This document shows, in pieces, positions 18,040 to 27,737 of a stretch of 64,000 nt of DNA. The translations under genes were made by a program, and so were the position numbers. How positions within the stretch are numbered: position 1 is the stretch's first letter; every line of letters starts with the position of its first letter. Source of the DNA: an uncultured virus (IMG/VR IMGVR_UViG_3300025126_000012) (taxonomy: Duplodnaviria; Heunggongvirae; Uroviricota; Caudoviricetes); the IMG/VR virus record IMGVR_UViG_3300025126_000012; one strand, given 5' to 3'. The notes under the pieces were generated by a model. The model ran no database searches. It was not told the DNA's origin and worked only from the letters and a program-made list of their open reading frames with translations.

Positions 18040-20124
18040 ATGATTATCGATAATACATCACACGTAAAAACCAGTTTGCGCAATTCTGTGGAATTTTCTG
18101 TTTCAGAAGATTCTGCAAAAATTTTCAGTTTTCTATCCAACTTCCTATATAAAGACAAAGAACGTTCTGTAATTACAGAACTTTGTTCTAATGCTCTTGA
18201 TGCTCATAAAATGTTAGACAAAGACTCTACCCCAATTCGAGTACATTTGCCTACTGAATTCCAAAAAGAATTTCGAGTTCGAGATTTTGGTCCCGGGTTG
18301 ACAGAGGCGCAAGTGCATGAATTCCTGACTAAATATGGTGCTTCGTCAAAGAACGAGTCAAACGATTTCATCGGTGGCTTTGGCATCGGTTCTAAATCTC
18401 CTGCGGCGGTCACAGATACTTGGACAATCAATTCATTTAATAATGGGTATGAAACATCATACTTGATTCATGTAAACGAAAGAGGAATTCCAAGTATTAA
18501 CACTCTTTATAAAATGCCCACTACGGATAGTGGACTAGAAGTTGTGGTACCCACAAAAACCGTGGCTCCTTGGCACACCGCGGCTATTAATGTATTTGAA
18601 GTGTATGATGTTATGCCAGAGTTAAAACATGCATCTAATCCAATTAATAAGAAAGAATTTAGTAAAATAGATGGACTCGATTTAATCATGTTCGACAATA
18701 ATAGCAGTGATATGCGGTATTATCACAGACGAGAAATTGATGTTATCATGAATCGTAGACTCTATAAATTGGACACAAAAAAAATTGGACTTGATGAAAC
18801 ATTCGAGTACCAGTGTTATCTCCCTTTTGATACTTCCGAATTAAGTGTGAGTCTTTCTAGGGAGGATTTGCAATATGATACTAAAACCATTTCAAAGATT
18901 AAATCACGATTTGAGGCAATTAATGGTGCTTTGCAATCGTTATGGAAAAATAATGTATCGGTGTGTACTAATGTGGTTGAATATCAGCTCGCTGCATGTG
19001 CATTCAAGAAAAAATACAATTTAACACCGAGTGCAGCGTATTCTTTTGCGCAAAAAATGAAAGATGAATTTTTGACAAATGTCGATTTTTTTAATTTAAA
19101 ATTATTTAAATTTAATGTTCCTATTGCAGATTCGAAAGTCCAATATCACGACGCCGAAAAAGCAGTAACTCTGAAAGCGGGCAGATATGCAAAGGGATTT
19201 AATTCAATCTCAATAGCCCCCCCTATTAGTTACAGTAAAGCCCAATATCAATGTCAATATCAATGTATATCGTTTGTATGTGATGATGTAGATAAATTGA
19301 TATTTGTTCTTCGTGATACTACTGCAGTTTTAAACCGAGTTAAATTAGAACTTTCAAAGCATTCGCGTATGTTTGCTGTAATATTAGATAAAGAATGGTA
19401 TGATTGTGTTCCAGTAGGGTTTAAAAAAATACTCGCGAGTACGCTGGAGCGACCTAAAATCGAAAGAACAAAAAAGGATAAAGTAATTTCAGAGTTGTTT
19501 CAAGCTGCAGGAAATCACTTCAATAAAGTATTAGAAGGAGAGTGTTCTAAAGTTGATGCAGTATATATTACAATGTCGAACGCCAACACAATCAGTTCAA
19601 TTGTAAATGAAGTTGATGCGAAAGTATTTAAAGAATTTAGATATGATGCTAATTTCGTATTTATCAAGAAAGATACTATTCCACCAAAATGGGCAATATC
19701 TTGCACAGAATGGATAAAAAACAAATATAATTCCTTATGTGCAATGAAAGATGAAATCATTCGAGCTAAAAAATGTAAGATGATTGATCAGTTATATTAT
19801 GGGAGTTTAATTGATAGAATGATTAAAACCCCAAATTTGTTTATTGATATTCCTATTAATAGTGTGGCAAGTCAAATTATGTCAGAAATTCATGCCATAA
19901 AGAAAAATAAACTAAATTTGACTGCCCTTGCACAATATGATACATTATATAAATGTGCAAAAATTTTAAATAAAACAATAGATGATGACGTTAACACAGT
20001 GCGTGAGTATAAAGATCGTATGTTCTTAGCATATCCTATGTTGGAATTTGTTAGTTATGGAGGTAATTTAAATGATATATCTTCTCGTAAGGTGGTTGAT
20101 TATATTAAACTTTGTGGAATGTGA
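18040..20124 (+). CDS. rIIA: rIIA protein (GHKL ATPase-like N-terminus)
   Basis: LY.DK..SVI.EL.SNA.DAH, VRDFG.GL, IGGFGIGSKSP. Confidence 0.92.
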   Translation: MIIDNTSHVKTSLRNSVEFSVSEDSAKIFSFLSNFLYKDKERSVITELCSNALDAHKMLDKDSTPIRVHLPTEFQKEFRVRDFGPGLTEAQVHEFLTKYGASSKNESNDFIGGFGIGSKSPAAVTDTWTINSFNNGYETSYLIHVNERGIPSINTLYKMPTTDSGLEVVVPTKTVAPWHTAAINVFEVYDVMPELKHASNPINKKEFSKIDGLDLIMFDNNSSDMRYYHRREIDVIMNRRLYKLDTKKIGLDETFEYQCYLPFDTSELSVSLSREDLQYDTKTISKIKSRFEAINGALQSLWKNNVSVCTNVVEYQLAACAFKKKYNLTPSAAYSFAQKMKDEFLTNVDFFNLKLFKFNVPIADSKVQYHDAEKAVTLKAGRYAKGFNSISIAPPISYSKAQYQCQYQCISFVCDDVDKLIFVLRDTTAVLNRVKLELSKHSRMFAVILDKEWYDCVPVGFKKILASTLERPKIERTKKDKVISELFQAAGNHFNKVLEGECSKVDAVYITMSNANTISSIVNEVDAKVFKEFRYDANFVFIKKDTIPPKWAISCTEWIKNKYNSLCAMKDEIIRAKKCKMIDQLYYGSLIDRMIKTPNLFIDIPINSVASQIMSEIHAIKKNKLNLTALAQYDTLYKCAKILNKTIDDDVNTVREYKDRMFLAYPMLEFVSYGGNLNDISSRKVVDYIKLCGM

Positions 20125-20139
20125 TTAAAGGAGAAACAA

Positions 20140-21027
20140 ATGCAATATGTAAATGTAGTAACAGATGATTCCATTCTTGTTTTGAACATCGAAAACGGTG
20201 AACAGGTCAAATTTTATAGCGATGACAATAGGTATCAGCTCGCATTGGAATTATTGCAAGAGGAAGATTATGAGTCCATTTTTGAAATGGACATTAAATC
20301 AGTCGTAACAAACTTCTTTCAAACCGACAAATACGGCGATATCTCAGTTAAAATTGAGGATGGCACCGGGGTTGTTCATTTTGGGCGAGATAATACAACT
20401 GTGCCATTGCATCCTGCGATTGCCCAGCGGATTCTAAAGATGAATGAACAAGGATTAGATTCTCTTGCACTTGTCAATTTTATTTCTAATTTATATGACA
20501 ATCCGAGTAAGACCGCGGTAGATGAACTATATCTTTTTATCGAAGCATGTGAACTGCCTATCACGGATGATGGATGTTTTATTGCTTATAAAATCGTCAG
20601 GGAGGATTATAAAGATATTTTTAGCGGTACAATGGATAACAGCATCGGCCAAACACTGAAAATGCCGAGAAATATGGTAGATGATAACCGAAATCGCACT
20701 TGTTCTGCTGGTCTTCACTTTTGCTCAAAAGATTATTTATCTTATTATGGCAAGGTAAATAACAGTAGATGCATTCTTGTAAAAATCAATCCAGCTGATG
20801 TAGTTTCTATTCCTTCCGATTACAATAATGCGAAGGGCAGGACGTGGCAATACACTGTTGTAGGCGAAGTAGAAGACCCGGACTGGAGAGCAAAACTTTC
20901 TGTAGCCGACTACACAAATGATGCTGTTGTTGATTCTACTGGGTGTTCTAAATCTGAAAAAGGATATTATGAGAGCGACTATGAGGACGACTATGAGGCA
21001 GATGATGTATACTGCGATGAAGAATAA
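20140..21027 (+). CDS. rIIB: rIIB protein
   Basis: NPS..AV.ELY.F, ITDDG.F.AYK, CS.GLH, P.DVVSIP.DY. Confidence 0.93.
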   Translation: MQYVNVVTDDSILVLNIENGEQVKFYSDDNRYQLALELLQEEDYESIFEMDIKSVVTNFFQTDKYGDISVKIEDGTGVVHFGRDNTTVPLHPAIAQRILKMNEQGLDSLALVNFISNLYDNPSKTAVDELYLFIEACELPITDDGCFIAYKIVREDYKDIFSGTMDNSIGQTLKMPRNMVDDNRNRTCSAGLHFCSKDYLSYYGKVNNSRCILVKINPADVVSIPSDYNNAKGRTWQYTVVGEVEDPDWRAKLSVADYTNDAVVDSTGCSKSEKGYYESDYEDDYEADDVYCDEE

Positions 21028-21055
21028 TTTGCAACTTACAAAGAAAGAAATTTAA

Positions 21056-21346
21056 ATGGCTACTACTAAAATTAGGAAAAAGACTCCGATGAAGAATAGG
21101 ACATGTCTTTGGAGAAAGATTGCAAAGAAGCAGGAAGATGGTAGCAGAACAGGTAGAGCACTACGGAATGCAATTGTGTCGACTGTGTCGAATAAAAAGT
21201 TTTTACTACCAATTCATGCTCAATTGTTCAAACGAGCGGGCATAAAAACGCCAGAATTTGACAAACTGTATCAGATGGTAGATAATAAGTCAATCGGTGA
21301 TGAAAATAATCAAATTATTGAAGGAGAAGCTAATGTTGTTGTCTAA
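21056..21346 (+). CDS. Basic hypothetical protein
   Basis: ORF in operon context. Confidence 0.55.
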   Translation: MATTKIRKKTPMKNRTCLWRKIAKKQEDGSRTGRALRNAIVSTVSNKKFLLPIHAQLFKRAGIKTPEFDKLYQMVDNKSIGDENNQIIEGEANVVV

Positions 21347-22010
21347 AGAAACAGTTGAAGTATTGAAGAATTTTAATGGAATTAATTCAAATCTTGTAAT
21401 TAATGTTGGTAATAAAATTGAGACAGTATCGGTAGCAAAAGATATTATTGCATCGTATGTGTCCGAAGATGAATTCGATAAACAAATGTCTATATACAAC
21501 CTAGGAGAATTCCTTGGAGTATTATCTGCATTTGAGCAACCTGACCTTCTATTAGATACAAAGTCTGTAACATTTAAATCCGGTAAACAGAAAGTGAATT
21601 ATATCTATGCAGATTCTTCACTCTTGGTTACTCCACCTACAAATCGAGATAAAATCACTAAAGCACTCAGTTCACCTGCGGTTGAATTTTTATTGAGTGG
21701 GTCTACTTTGACAAAACTCCAGCGCATGGCTTCTATCCTGAACGTAGAAGACCTTAGTGTATATGGCGATGGGAAGACAATTAAGCTCAGGGTATTCGAC
21801 AAAGCAATCACTAAAGGCAATGATTTTGAGTTAGATACTGAAGAAAAAACAAAAGAAAAATTTAATATTCTATTTAAGATTTCAAAGATAAAGTTGATTG
21901 ATGGGTCTTATAAAGTAGAGATTTCTGATAAAATGATTTCTCGATTTACTCATGATAGCATTAATCTCAACTATATCATCGCAGTAGAATCTGATAGCAC
22001 ATTTTCTTGA
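21333..22010 (+). CDS. gp45: Sliding clamp
   Basis: LSKET..LKNF..IN, IY.L.EFL; AAGGAG RBS before 21333. Confidence 0.92.
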   Translation: MLLSKETVEVLKNFNGINSNLVINVGNKIETVSVAKDIIASYVSEDEFDKQMSIYNLGEFLGVLSAFEQPDLLLDTKSVTFKSGKQKVNYIYADSSLLVTPPTNRDKITKALSSPAVEFLLSGSTLTKLQRMASILNVEDLSVYGDGKTIKLRVFDKAITKGNDFELDTEEKTKEKFNILFKISKIKLIDGSYKVEISDKMISRFTHDSINLNYIIAVESDSTFS

Positions 22011-22090
22011 AAGAATACCGATGTCTTGGGCAAATATCGGGTGAATTGATTGCCCATTTTTTAACATTGTTTAATTATAAGGAGTAGTAT

Positions 22091-22273
22091 ATGGCACAAA
22101 AGCAAAAAGTTCATTCTCATGGCACAGATGGTAATCGGTATTTCTGGGCAGTAAATGTTCATGGAGAAGAAGGAGGTGTTTATCGCAGCCGTCATGCAAA
22201 AGCCAAATCTGTAATAGCAGAATTCGCAAAGAATGGTAAGAAGATTACAGGCATTCGTGCATATGCAGGGTAA
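22091..22273 (+). CDS. Small hypothetical protein
   Basis: Strong AAGGAG RBS. Confidence 0.65.
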   Translation: MAQKQKVHSHGTDGNRYFWAVNVHGEEGGVYRSRHAKAKSVIAEFAKNGKKITGIRAYAG

Positions 22274-22343
22274 GTTTAAGACATTGTTTTAAGTAATGTA
22301 GTCCTGAACAAGACTGAAAACTGTTCATTAAATTTATTATGAG

Positions 22344-23285
22344 GTGAGTATGGAAGACGTGTTGGCTGAGAAATATAGACCTAAAACAATCGATGAGTGC
22401 GTTCTACCGGATGCGACTAAAGAGCAGATTCGTGGTCTAATTTCATCTGGGAATCTCCCATCAATGTTATTCGTGGGGAGTGCTGGTTGTGGTAAGACAA
22501 CATTAGCAAAAGCCATCGCTAATGAAATGGGAGCGGATTTATTATTCATTAATGCGTCCAAGGACGGGAATGTTGATATGATTCGTACGCGTTTAACACA
22601 ATTCGCATCCACCGTGTCATTTAATGATGCAAGAAAAATAACAGTATTGGATGAGGCAGACGGTCTAACTCAACAGGCTCAACAGGCACTTAGGGGATTT
22701 ATCGAGGAATTTGGCAAGAATCATAGCATCATATTTACTGCTAACTTCGCATCAAAAATCATTGACCCGATTCATTCTAGATGTAAGGTGGTTGATTTTA
22801 AAATATCTGCTGCGGAGAAACCAAAGATTGCATCGAAGTTTCTAAAGCGAGTATTTTCTATACTGAAAGCAGAATCTATTGAGTATGACAAAGAAGCGGT
22901 AGCAGGTTTGGTGATGAAAAAGTTTCCAGATTTTCGTTCTGTGTTGAATGAATTGCAAGGATACGCGGCTGGTGGCAAAATCGATTCGGGCATCTTGCTT
23001 AATTTATCAGATGAAGCATTCTCTACATTGATTGTAGCATTAAAGCACAAGAAATTTAATGATGTTCGCAAATGGGTGGCTGACCACATTGATTTAGATT
23101 CTCAATATCTATTTCGTATGTTTTATGATACTGCCGTGGCGAAGATGGAACAAAAATCAATTCCAGAACTCATTTTACAGTTAGCAGAGTATTCATATAA
23201 AGAATCTTTTGTTGCTGATGTAGAGATAAATCGAATGGCATTTTTAATTACTATTATGATGTCGCCCTCAATCGTGTGGAAATAA
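22344..23285 (+). CDS. gp44: Clamp loader large subunit
   Basis: EKYRP, G.AG.GKTT, DEAD, SRC, FPDFR. Confidence 0.96.
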   Translation: MSMEDVLAEKYRPKTIDECVLPDATKEQIRGLISSGNLPSMLFVGSAGCGKTTLAKAIANEMGADLLFINASKDGNVDMIRTRLTQFASTVSFNDARKITVLDEADGLTQQAQQALRGFIEEFGKNHSIIFTANFASKIIDPIHSRCKVVDFKISAAEKPKIASKFLKRVFSILKAESIEYDKEAVAGLVMKKFPDFRSVLNELQGYAAGGKIDSGILLNLSDEAFSTLIVALKHKKFNDVRKWVADHIDLDSQYLFRMFYDTAVAKMEQKSIPELILQLAEYSYKESFVADVEINRMAFLITIMMSPSIVWK

Positions 23286-23303
23286 TTTACGTTAAGGTTC
23301 AAA

Positions 23304-23675
23304 ATGGCTACATTGTGGGATATAGTTAAACACATTAATGAGAAAATACCACTAGAATTTACTGATACAGAATATTCAGCATGGATGGTAAATCGTGTTT
23401 TTTCTAATACGATTGACACTTTATTTTATGCTGAAGCAATGAATAGAGCATCACATCTAGACAGAGACATTCAACACGATTTTTATTATTATGCTTTGCC
23501 TAAAGCCAAACGATACGGCAAATATCATAAAGCAGAGGCAATAAATAATTATGTTGAAATGATGATGAATTTGTATCAAGTCAACCGAAGAGTAGCAGAA
23601 TCGTACGTAAAGTGTATGAGCGAAGCTACATTGAAACAATTAAAAGAAAAAATGGTTGAAGGTGGTAAAAAATGA
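23304..23675 (+). CDS. gp62: Clamp loader small subunit
   Basis: Y..WMVNR.FS..DT..YA..MN; synteny 44-62-regA. Confidence 0.85.
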   Translation: MATLWDIVKHINEKIPLEFTDTEYSAWMVNRVFSNTIDTLFYAEAMNRASHLDRDIQHDFYYYALPKAKRYGKYHKAEAINNYVEMMMNLYQVNRRVAESYVKCMSEATLKQLKEKMVEGGKK

Positions 23676-24076
23676 ACGAAGAATTTCCTTATGGAGTAAA
23701 GATTAAACTCAAAGATCCGGAATCATTTCTCTTGGTGAAAGAGACTTTAACTAGACTTGGTGTTGCATCAAACAAGAATAAAGTTTTATATCAAAGTGCT
23801 CATATCTTACACAAACATGGGGATTATTATATAGTCCATTTTAAAGAAATGTTTGCGATAGATGGCAAATATTCTGATATAAATGAAGAAGATATTCAAA
23901 GACGAAATTTGATTATTAAATTAATTAAAGAGTGGGGGCTGATAGAGGTGATTGATGAAGCGAAAGCATCAAATATTGCATCGATGTCTGCTGTAAAGAT
24001 TTTATCGTTCAAAGATAAAAATGAGTGGCAATTAATTGCCAAATATACAATTGGTAACAAACGAAAGGGAGTATAA
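23672..24076 (+). CDS. regA: Translational repressor RegA
   Basis: FL.VKETLTR.GVAS, LYQS.HILHK.G.YYIVHFKE. Confidence 0.96.
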   Translation: MNEEFPYGVKIKLKDPESFLLVKETLTRLGVASNKNKVLYQSAHILHKHGDYYIVHFKEMFAIDGKYSDINEEDIQRRNLIIKLIKEWGLIEVIDEAKASNIASMSAVKILSFKDKNEWQLIAKYTIGNKRKGV

Positions 24077-24279
24077 TGTCTGAAAACAACACAATTAGCT
24101 TTACCGTAGATGAAGTAAATAAAATTCTCAATTATCTTGCTGAAGTACCTGCAAAATATTCAATGGATTTAATTAATTTCATCGCAGAAAAATCTCGTGC
24201 CCAAGGTGCGGCGACGGCCCCAGTTGAGCAGGAGAATGCAGAATCTATTCAACCTCACCTTGAAGCGAAGGAAGAATAA
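24076..24279 (+). CDS. Hypothetical protein
   Basis: RBS GGAG; coupled to regA. Confidence 0.65.
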   Translation: MSENNTISFTVDEVNKILNYLAEVPAKYSMDLINFIAEKSRAQGAATAPVEQENAESIQPHLEAKEE

Positions 24280-24280
24280 C

Positions 24281-24598
24281 ATGGCACTCATTGGCACATA
24301 CACAGATGCTACTGGCACATATAACAATGTATGTGCCAAAATAACACGAATTTGGGGCTCTAAAATCGAACACTGGAATGCATGGGTTGCCGTGTTTAAA
24401 AATTCCACAGCAGTTGAACCCATCACGACTTTTTCTATTCAAGCAGAATATGTAGAAGGAGAGAATCCTTATATAGCATTATATACAGCATTATCGAAAA
24501 TGGAATATTTTTCTAATGTGACATCAGACATTTTGCCGAAAAGCGAAGTTAATATAATTGTAGAAAATGTCAAACCAAAAAAGAAAACAAGAAAATAA
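24281..24598 (+). CDS. Hypothetical protein
   Basis: ATG right after the previous stop. Confidence 0.6.
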   Translation: MALIGTYTDATGTYNNVCAKITRIWGSKIEHWNAWVAVFKNSTAVEPITTFSIQAEYVEGENPYIALYTALSKMEYFSNVTSDILPKSEVNIIVENVKPKKKTRK

Positions 24599-24803
24599 TT
24601 TTAAAATTTTTGTTATAGATGCGAAAAGGAATGAAATTGTTTTTCATATATCTTCAAATAATTATGATGGGGCTGTATACATTATTGCTAAAAGTGATAA
24701 GTATAGCTACTTTAGAATCAAATGTTTTCTTAATACTCAATCAGCAAGAAAATGGTGTGATGATATGGTTGACGCAGCAAGGATTGTTGACAGTGCCCCA
24801 TGA
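24567..24803 (+). CDS. Hypothetical protein
   Basis: Fills the gap; ATGA overlap with the next ORF. Confidence 0.45.
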   Translation: MSNQKRKQENNFKIFVIDAKRNEIVFHISSNNYDGAVYIIAKSDKYSYFRIKCFLNTQSARKWCDDMVDAARIVDSAP

Positions 24804-25060
24804 ATAAATTACAATTGAATAATGGTAAAGACATTAACGTAATTGGAGAAGTTAATGTAGAAGGTAGACAGAATTTTATTTGTCCTGTTACGGCGTTTTA
24901 CTGGAACGATATTTTAATAACTCACGTCCTAATTAGTACCGATAAGTTCAATATCAATCGTGATTATGTGGAAGTATTAAATAATGAGCAAACTGTACAT
25001 AGCGGAAAAATACCTGAAGATAATAAGTCCTCGTCTCCTCAGGTTCAAGGAGAAGGGTAA
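24800..25060 (+). CDS. Hypothetical protein
   Basis: ORF; 3' part overlaps the primase start. Confidence 0.4.
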   Translation: MNKLQLNNGKDINVIGEVNVEGRQNFICPVTAFYWNDILITHVLISTDKFNINRDYVEVLNNEQTVHSGKIPEDNKSSSPQVQGEG

Positions 25061-25988
25061 TCACGTCTGGAATTGCAGATGCCCTTACTGTGGAGATTCA
25101 AAAAAGAAGGCATCACTAGCAAGAGGATATTTTACCCAAAAAATGGGTGCTTTGAATTATTATTGTCATAATTGTTCAATGTCAGTATCTTTTGGTTCTT
25201 TCTTGAAATGGTTCGACCCGAATTTATTTCAAGAGTATTCATTAGAAGTCTTTAAAGAAAAGATGCATAAAGAGATTGCATTCATCGAAAAAGAACCCCC
25301 AATAACTCATCGATACATTCCTAATATATTTTCAGATTTAAAACTAGTCAGAGAATTATCAAAAGACTCTGTAGCTTATAAATTTTGTGTTGGTAGAAAA
25401 CTACCAATTGATACATTCGACATTTATTATGTCGAGAGTTTTATCAAATGGACTAGGGGGCACACTGATAAATTCAAAGATTGGTCTACAAAAGACGACC
25501 ATCCTCGAATTGTTTTACCATTTAAAACTAAAGATGGTATGATTTTTGGTTATACAGCTAGAGCACTCGATGACAAAGAAACCCACAAATATTATAGACT
25601 GATACTCGATGACACAGTGAAGGAAAAATTCTTTGGGATGGACAGACTAGATGCTACTACACAAGTGTATGTCCTTGAAGGTGAAATAGATTCTCTTATG
25701 ATTCCAAATGCTATCGCTGTATCAAATGGCAAATTACATTCTTATTTTAATAAAGATGCAATCTATATTCCAGATTGTGATATTCGTAATAAACACATCA
25801 TGAAAAATGTATCAGATATGATTGCGTTAGGACTTAAAGTTTGTATGATGCCACCAGATTTACCCGGCAAAGACCTTAATGAATTAGTTAAGCAAGGATG
25901 GACAAGTGAAGACTTAATTGATATAATTAATTCTAACACTTATGAAGGTCTAGCTGCACAATTAAACTTTAAATCATGGAAATTATAA
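24984..25988 (+). CDS. gp61: DNA primase
   Basis: NCRCPYCGDS...ARG, YYCHNC zinc finger; EG.IDS TOPRIM; KDLNE. Confidence 0.95.
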   Translation: MSKLYIAEKYLKIISPRLLRFKEKGNHVWNCRCPYCGDSKKKASLARGYFTQKMGALNYYCHNCSMSVSFGSFLKWFDPNLFQEYSLEVFKEKMHKEIAFIEKEPPITHRYIPNIFSDLKLVRELSKDSVAYKFCVGRKLPIDTFDIYYVESFIKWTRGHTDKFKDWSTKDDHPRIVLPFKTKDGMIFGYTARALDDKETHKYYRLILDDTVKEKFFGMDRLDATTQVYVLEGEIDSLMIPNAIAVSNGKLHSYFNKDAIYIPDCDIRNKHIMKNVSDMIALGLKVCMMPPDLPGKDLNELVKQGWTSEDLIDIINSNTYEGLAAQLNFKSWKL

Positions 25989-26671
25989 TGCGCATCATAC
26001 CCCCCAGTTTTGAAATACTATCCTCTACCCCAAATATGGAACTTTTAATAGAAAATGCGATAAGGTGCGCATACAAATCAGAGGATAGAATTGAAGAAGG
26101 CAGTGCAGCAAAAATCATTGAACACATAAAATCACTAAAACATGAGTCGACGCTAGAACACACCGCTATTACAGTAAAATTTATCACTGACCGCGGTGTT
26201 ACACATGAGCTCGTTAGACATCGTATCTGCTCTTTTACCCAGGAATCTACTAGGTATTGTAATTATAGTAAAGGGAAATTCGGCGGCGAAATAACTGTAA
26301 TTGAACCGTTCTTCTGGGCAGGGGGAGATGAATATTCAGAGTCGAAATACGACGTATGGAAAAATGCATGTTTATCAGCAGAGGCTATGTACCTCAGCTT
26401 ATTAGTTCAAGGTGCTAAAGCACAAGAAGCTCGTTCCGTTTTACCTAACTCTTTGAAGACTGAAATTGTAGTAACAGCGAACGTGCGGGAGTGGCGAAAG
26501 ATTTTTTCACTTCGGACATCGAAAGAGGCGCATCCGCAGATTAGGCAAATCATGTGCCCATTGCTAGGCGTTATGAGGAAGCGGTGGCCTACATTATTTT
26601 GCGATGTAGGCGACACATCACACGATAGACCAGCGCATAATTTAGAAGTTAAACATGAAAATAGGAGATAA
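25976..26671 (+). CDS. thyX: FAD-dependent thymidylate synthase
   Basis: HES.LEH, HELVRHR..SF.QESTRY, ARSVLP, AHPQIR. Confidence 0.95.
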   Translation: MEIIMRIIPPSFEILSSTPNMELLIENAIRCAYKSEDRIEEGSAAKIIEHIKSLKHESTLEHTAITVKFITDRGVTHELVRHRICSFTQESTRYCNYSKGKFGGEITVIEPFFWAGGDEYSESKYDVWKNACLSAEAMYLSLLVQGAKAQEARSVLPNSLKTEIVVTANVREWRKIFSLRTSKEAHPQIRQIMCPLLGVMRKRWPTLFCDVGDTSHDRPAHNLEVKHENRR

Positions 26672-26990
26672 AAATATGATTTTGAATAATTTAAAATTAC
26701 TTGTACGATTGAAGAAGTATCTAATGAACTCTAATGAATTTTTAGATAGTATACCGAATGAAATAAGCGCTGCATTCTTCGATAATTCTCATGTCAATAA
26801 TGTCTTCACTATGGTAGATGAATTAATCAAAGCGCATTTTGGCGCTGATGCAGAAGAAGTTTTTTGGTTTTTATATGAGTGGGATGGCAAAGAACAAACG
26901 ACTGTATTCGATTTCAATAATAAAGAACACGTGGTAAATTCAATCGATGAATACATTGAATTTTTAAAAATTTCTTATAAGGATAGATAA
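26655..26990 (+). CDS. Hypothetical protein
   Basis: ORF in operon. Confidence 0.55.
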   Translation: MKIGDKNMILNNLKLLVRLKKYLMNSNEFLDSIPNEISAAFFDNSHVNNVFTMVDELIKAHFGADAEEVFWFLYEWDGKEQTTVFDFNNKEHVVNSIDEYIEFLKISYKDR

Positions 26991-27256
26991 TGGCGAGGAA
27001 ATTGCTCAACCCAACCGGCGCATCTATATTATACTTCGGCAGCCATGAAGATGTGGCTGATATGCATGATTATAGAAAGCGACCGAGTATTGTTTCAGCT
27101 AGACAAATTGATGAATCATTTAGAGTCGATACAAATGATTATAACTATATACAAGGCAGACCCGGGGATTATTTGATAAAAGCACTCGACGGTGAATTGA
27201 GTGTGTGTGATAAAGATATTTTCGAATTACTTTATGACCCAGTTGAATTAGAATGA
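26990..27256 (+). CDS. Hypothetical protein (PGDY-type motif)
   Basis: G.PGDYLI....GE...C..DIF...Y. Confidence 0.6.
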   Translation: MARKLLNPTGASILYFGSHEDVADMHDYRKRPSIVSARQIDESFRVDTNDYNYIQGRPGDYLIKALDGELSVCDKDIFELLYDPVELE

Positions 27257-27312
27257 GCATACCGATGCCGATTGATATGTTAAATTATCGTCTTGATTAA
27301 AAAGGAAATAAA

Positions 27313-27666
27313 ATGGAAATTAAATATGATGAAATGGTTCTAGCATTAGTTAAACCAGGAGATGATATTATCGCATCTTTGACGCCAGAAAAAGCACATG
27401 TGTTGCATATGGCAGTTGGCATTTCTGGAGAATCAGGAGAACTACTCGACGCAATCAAAAAGCATGTAATTTACAATAAAGAATTGGACAGGGAAAACGT
27501 GATTGAGGAACTTGGGGACATTGAATTTTACATGGAAGGGTTACGACAAGGATTAAATATCCGGCGGGAAGAAGTACTCTCCCATAACATAGCAAAATTG
27601 GGGGCTCGATATGCTGATATGAGATATACAGATGCCGCGGCGCAGCAGCGCGCGGATAAACAGTGA
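27313..27666 (+). CDS. MazG-like nucleotide pyrophosphohydrolase
   Basis: G..GE.GE..D.IKK, EELGD..FY, N..KL..RY. Confidence 0.88.
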   Translation: MEIKYDEMVLALVKPGDDIIASLTPEKAHVLHMAVGISGESGELLDAIKKHVIYNKELDRENVIEELGDIEFYMEGLRQGLNIRREEVLSHNIAKLGARYADMRYTDAAAQQRADKQ

Positions 27667-27737
27667 TATTTACGCCGGCATCCTGCGCGGATGCCGATAA
27701 ATAATCTCCCAACCATAATAATTAAAAGGAATCTACA

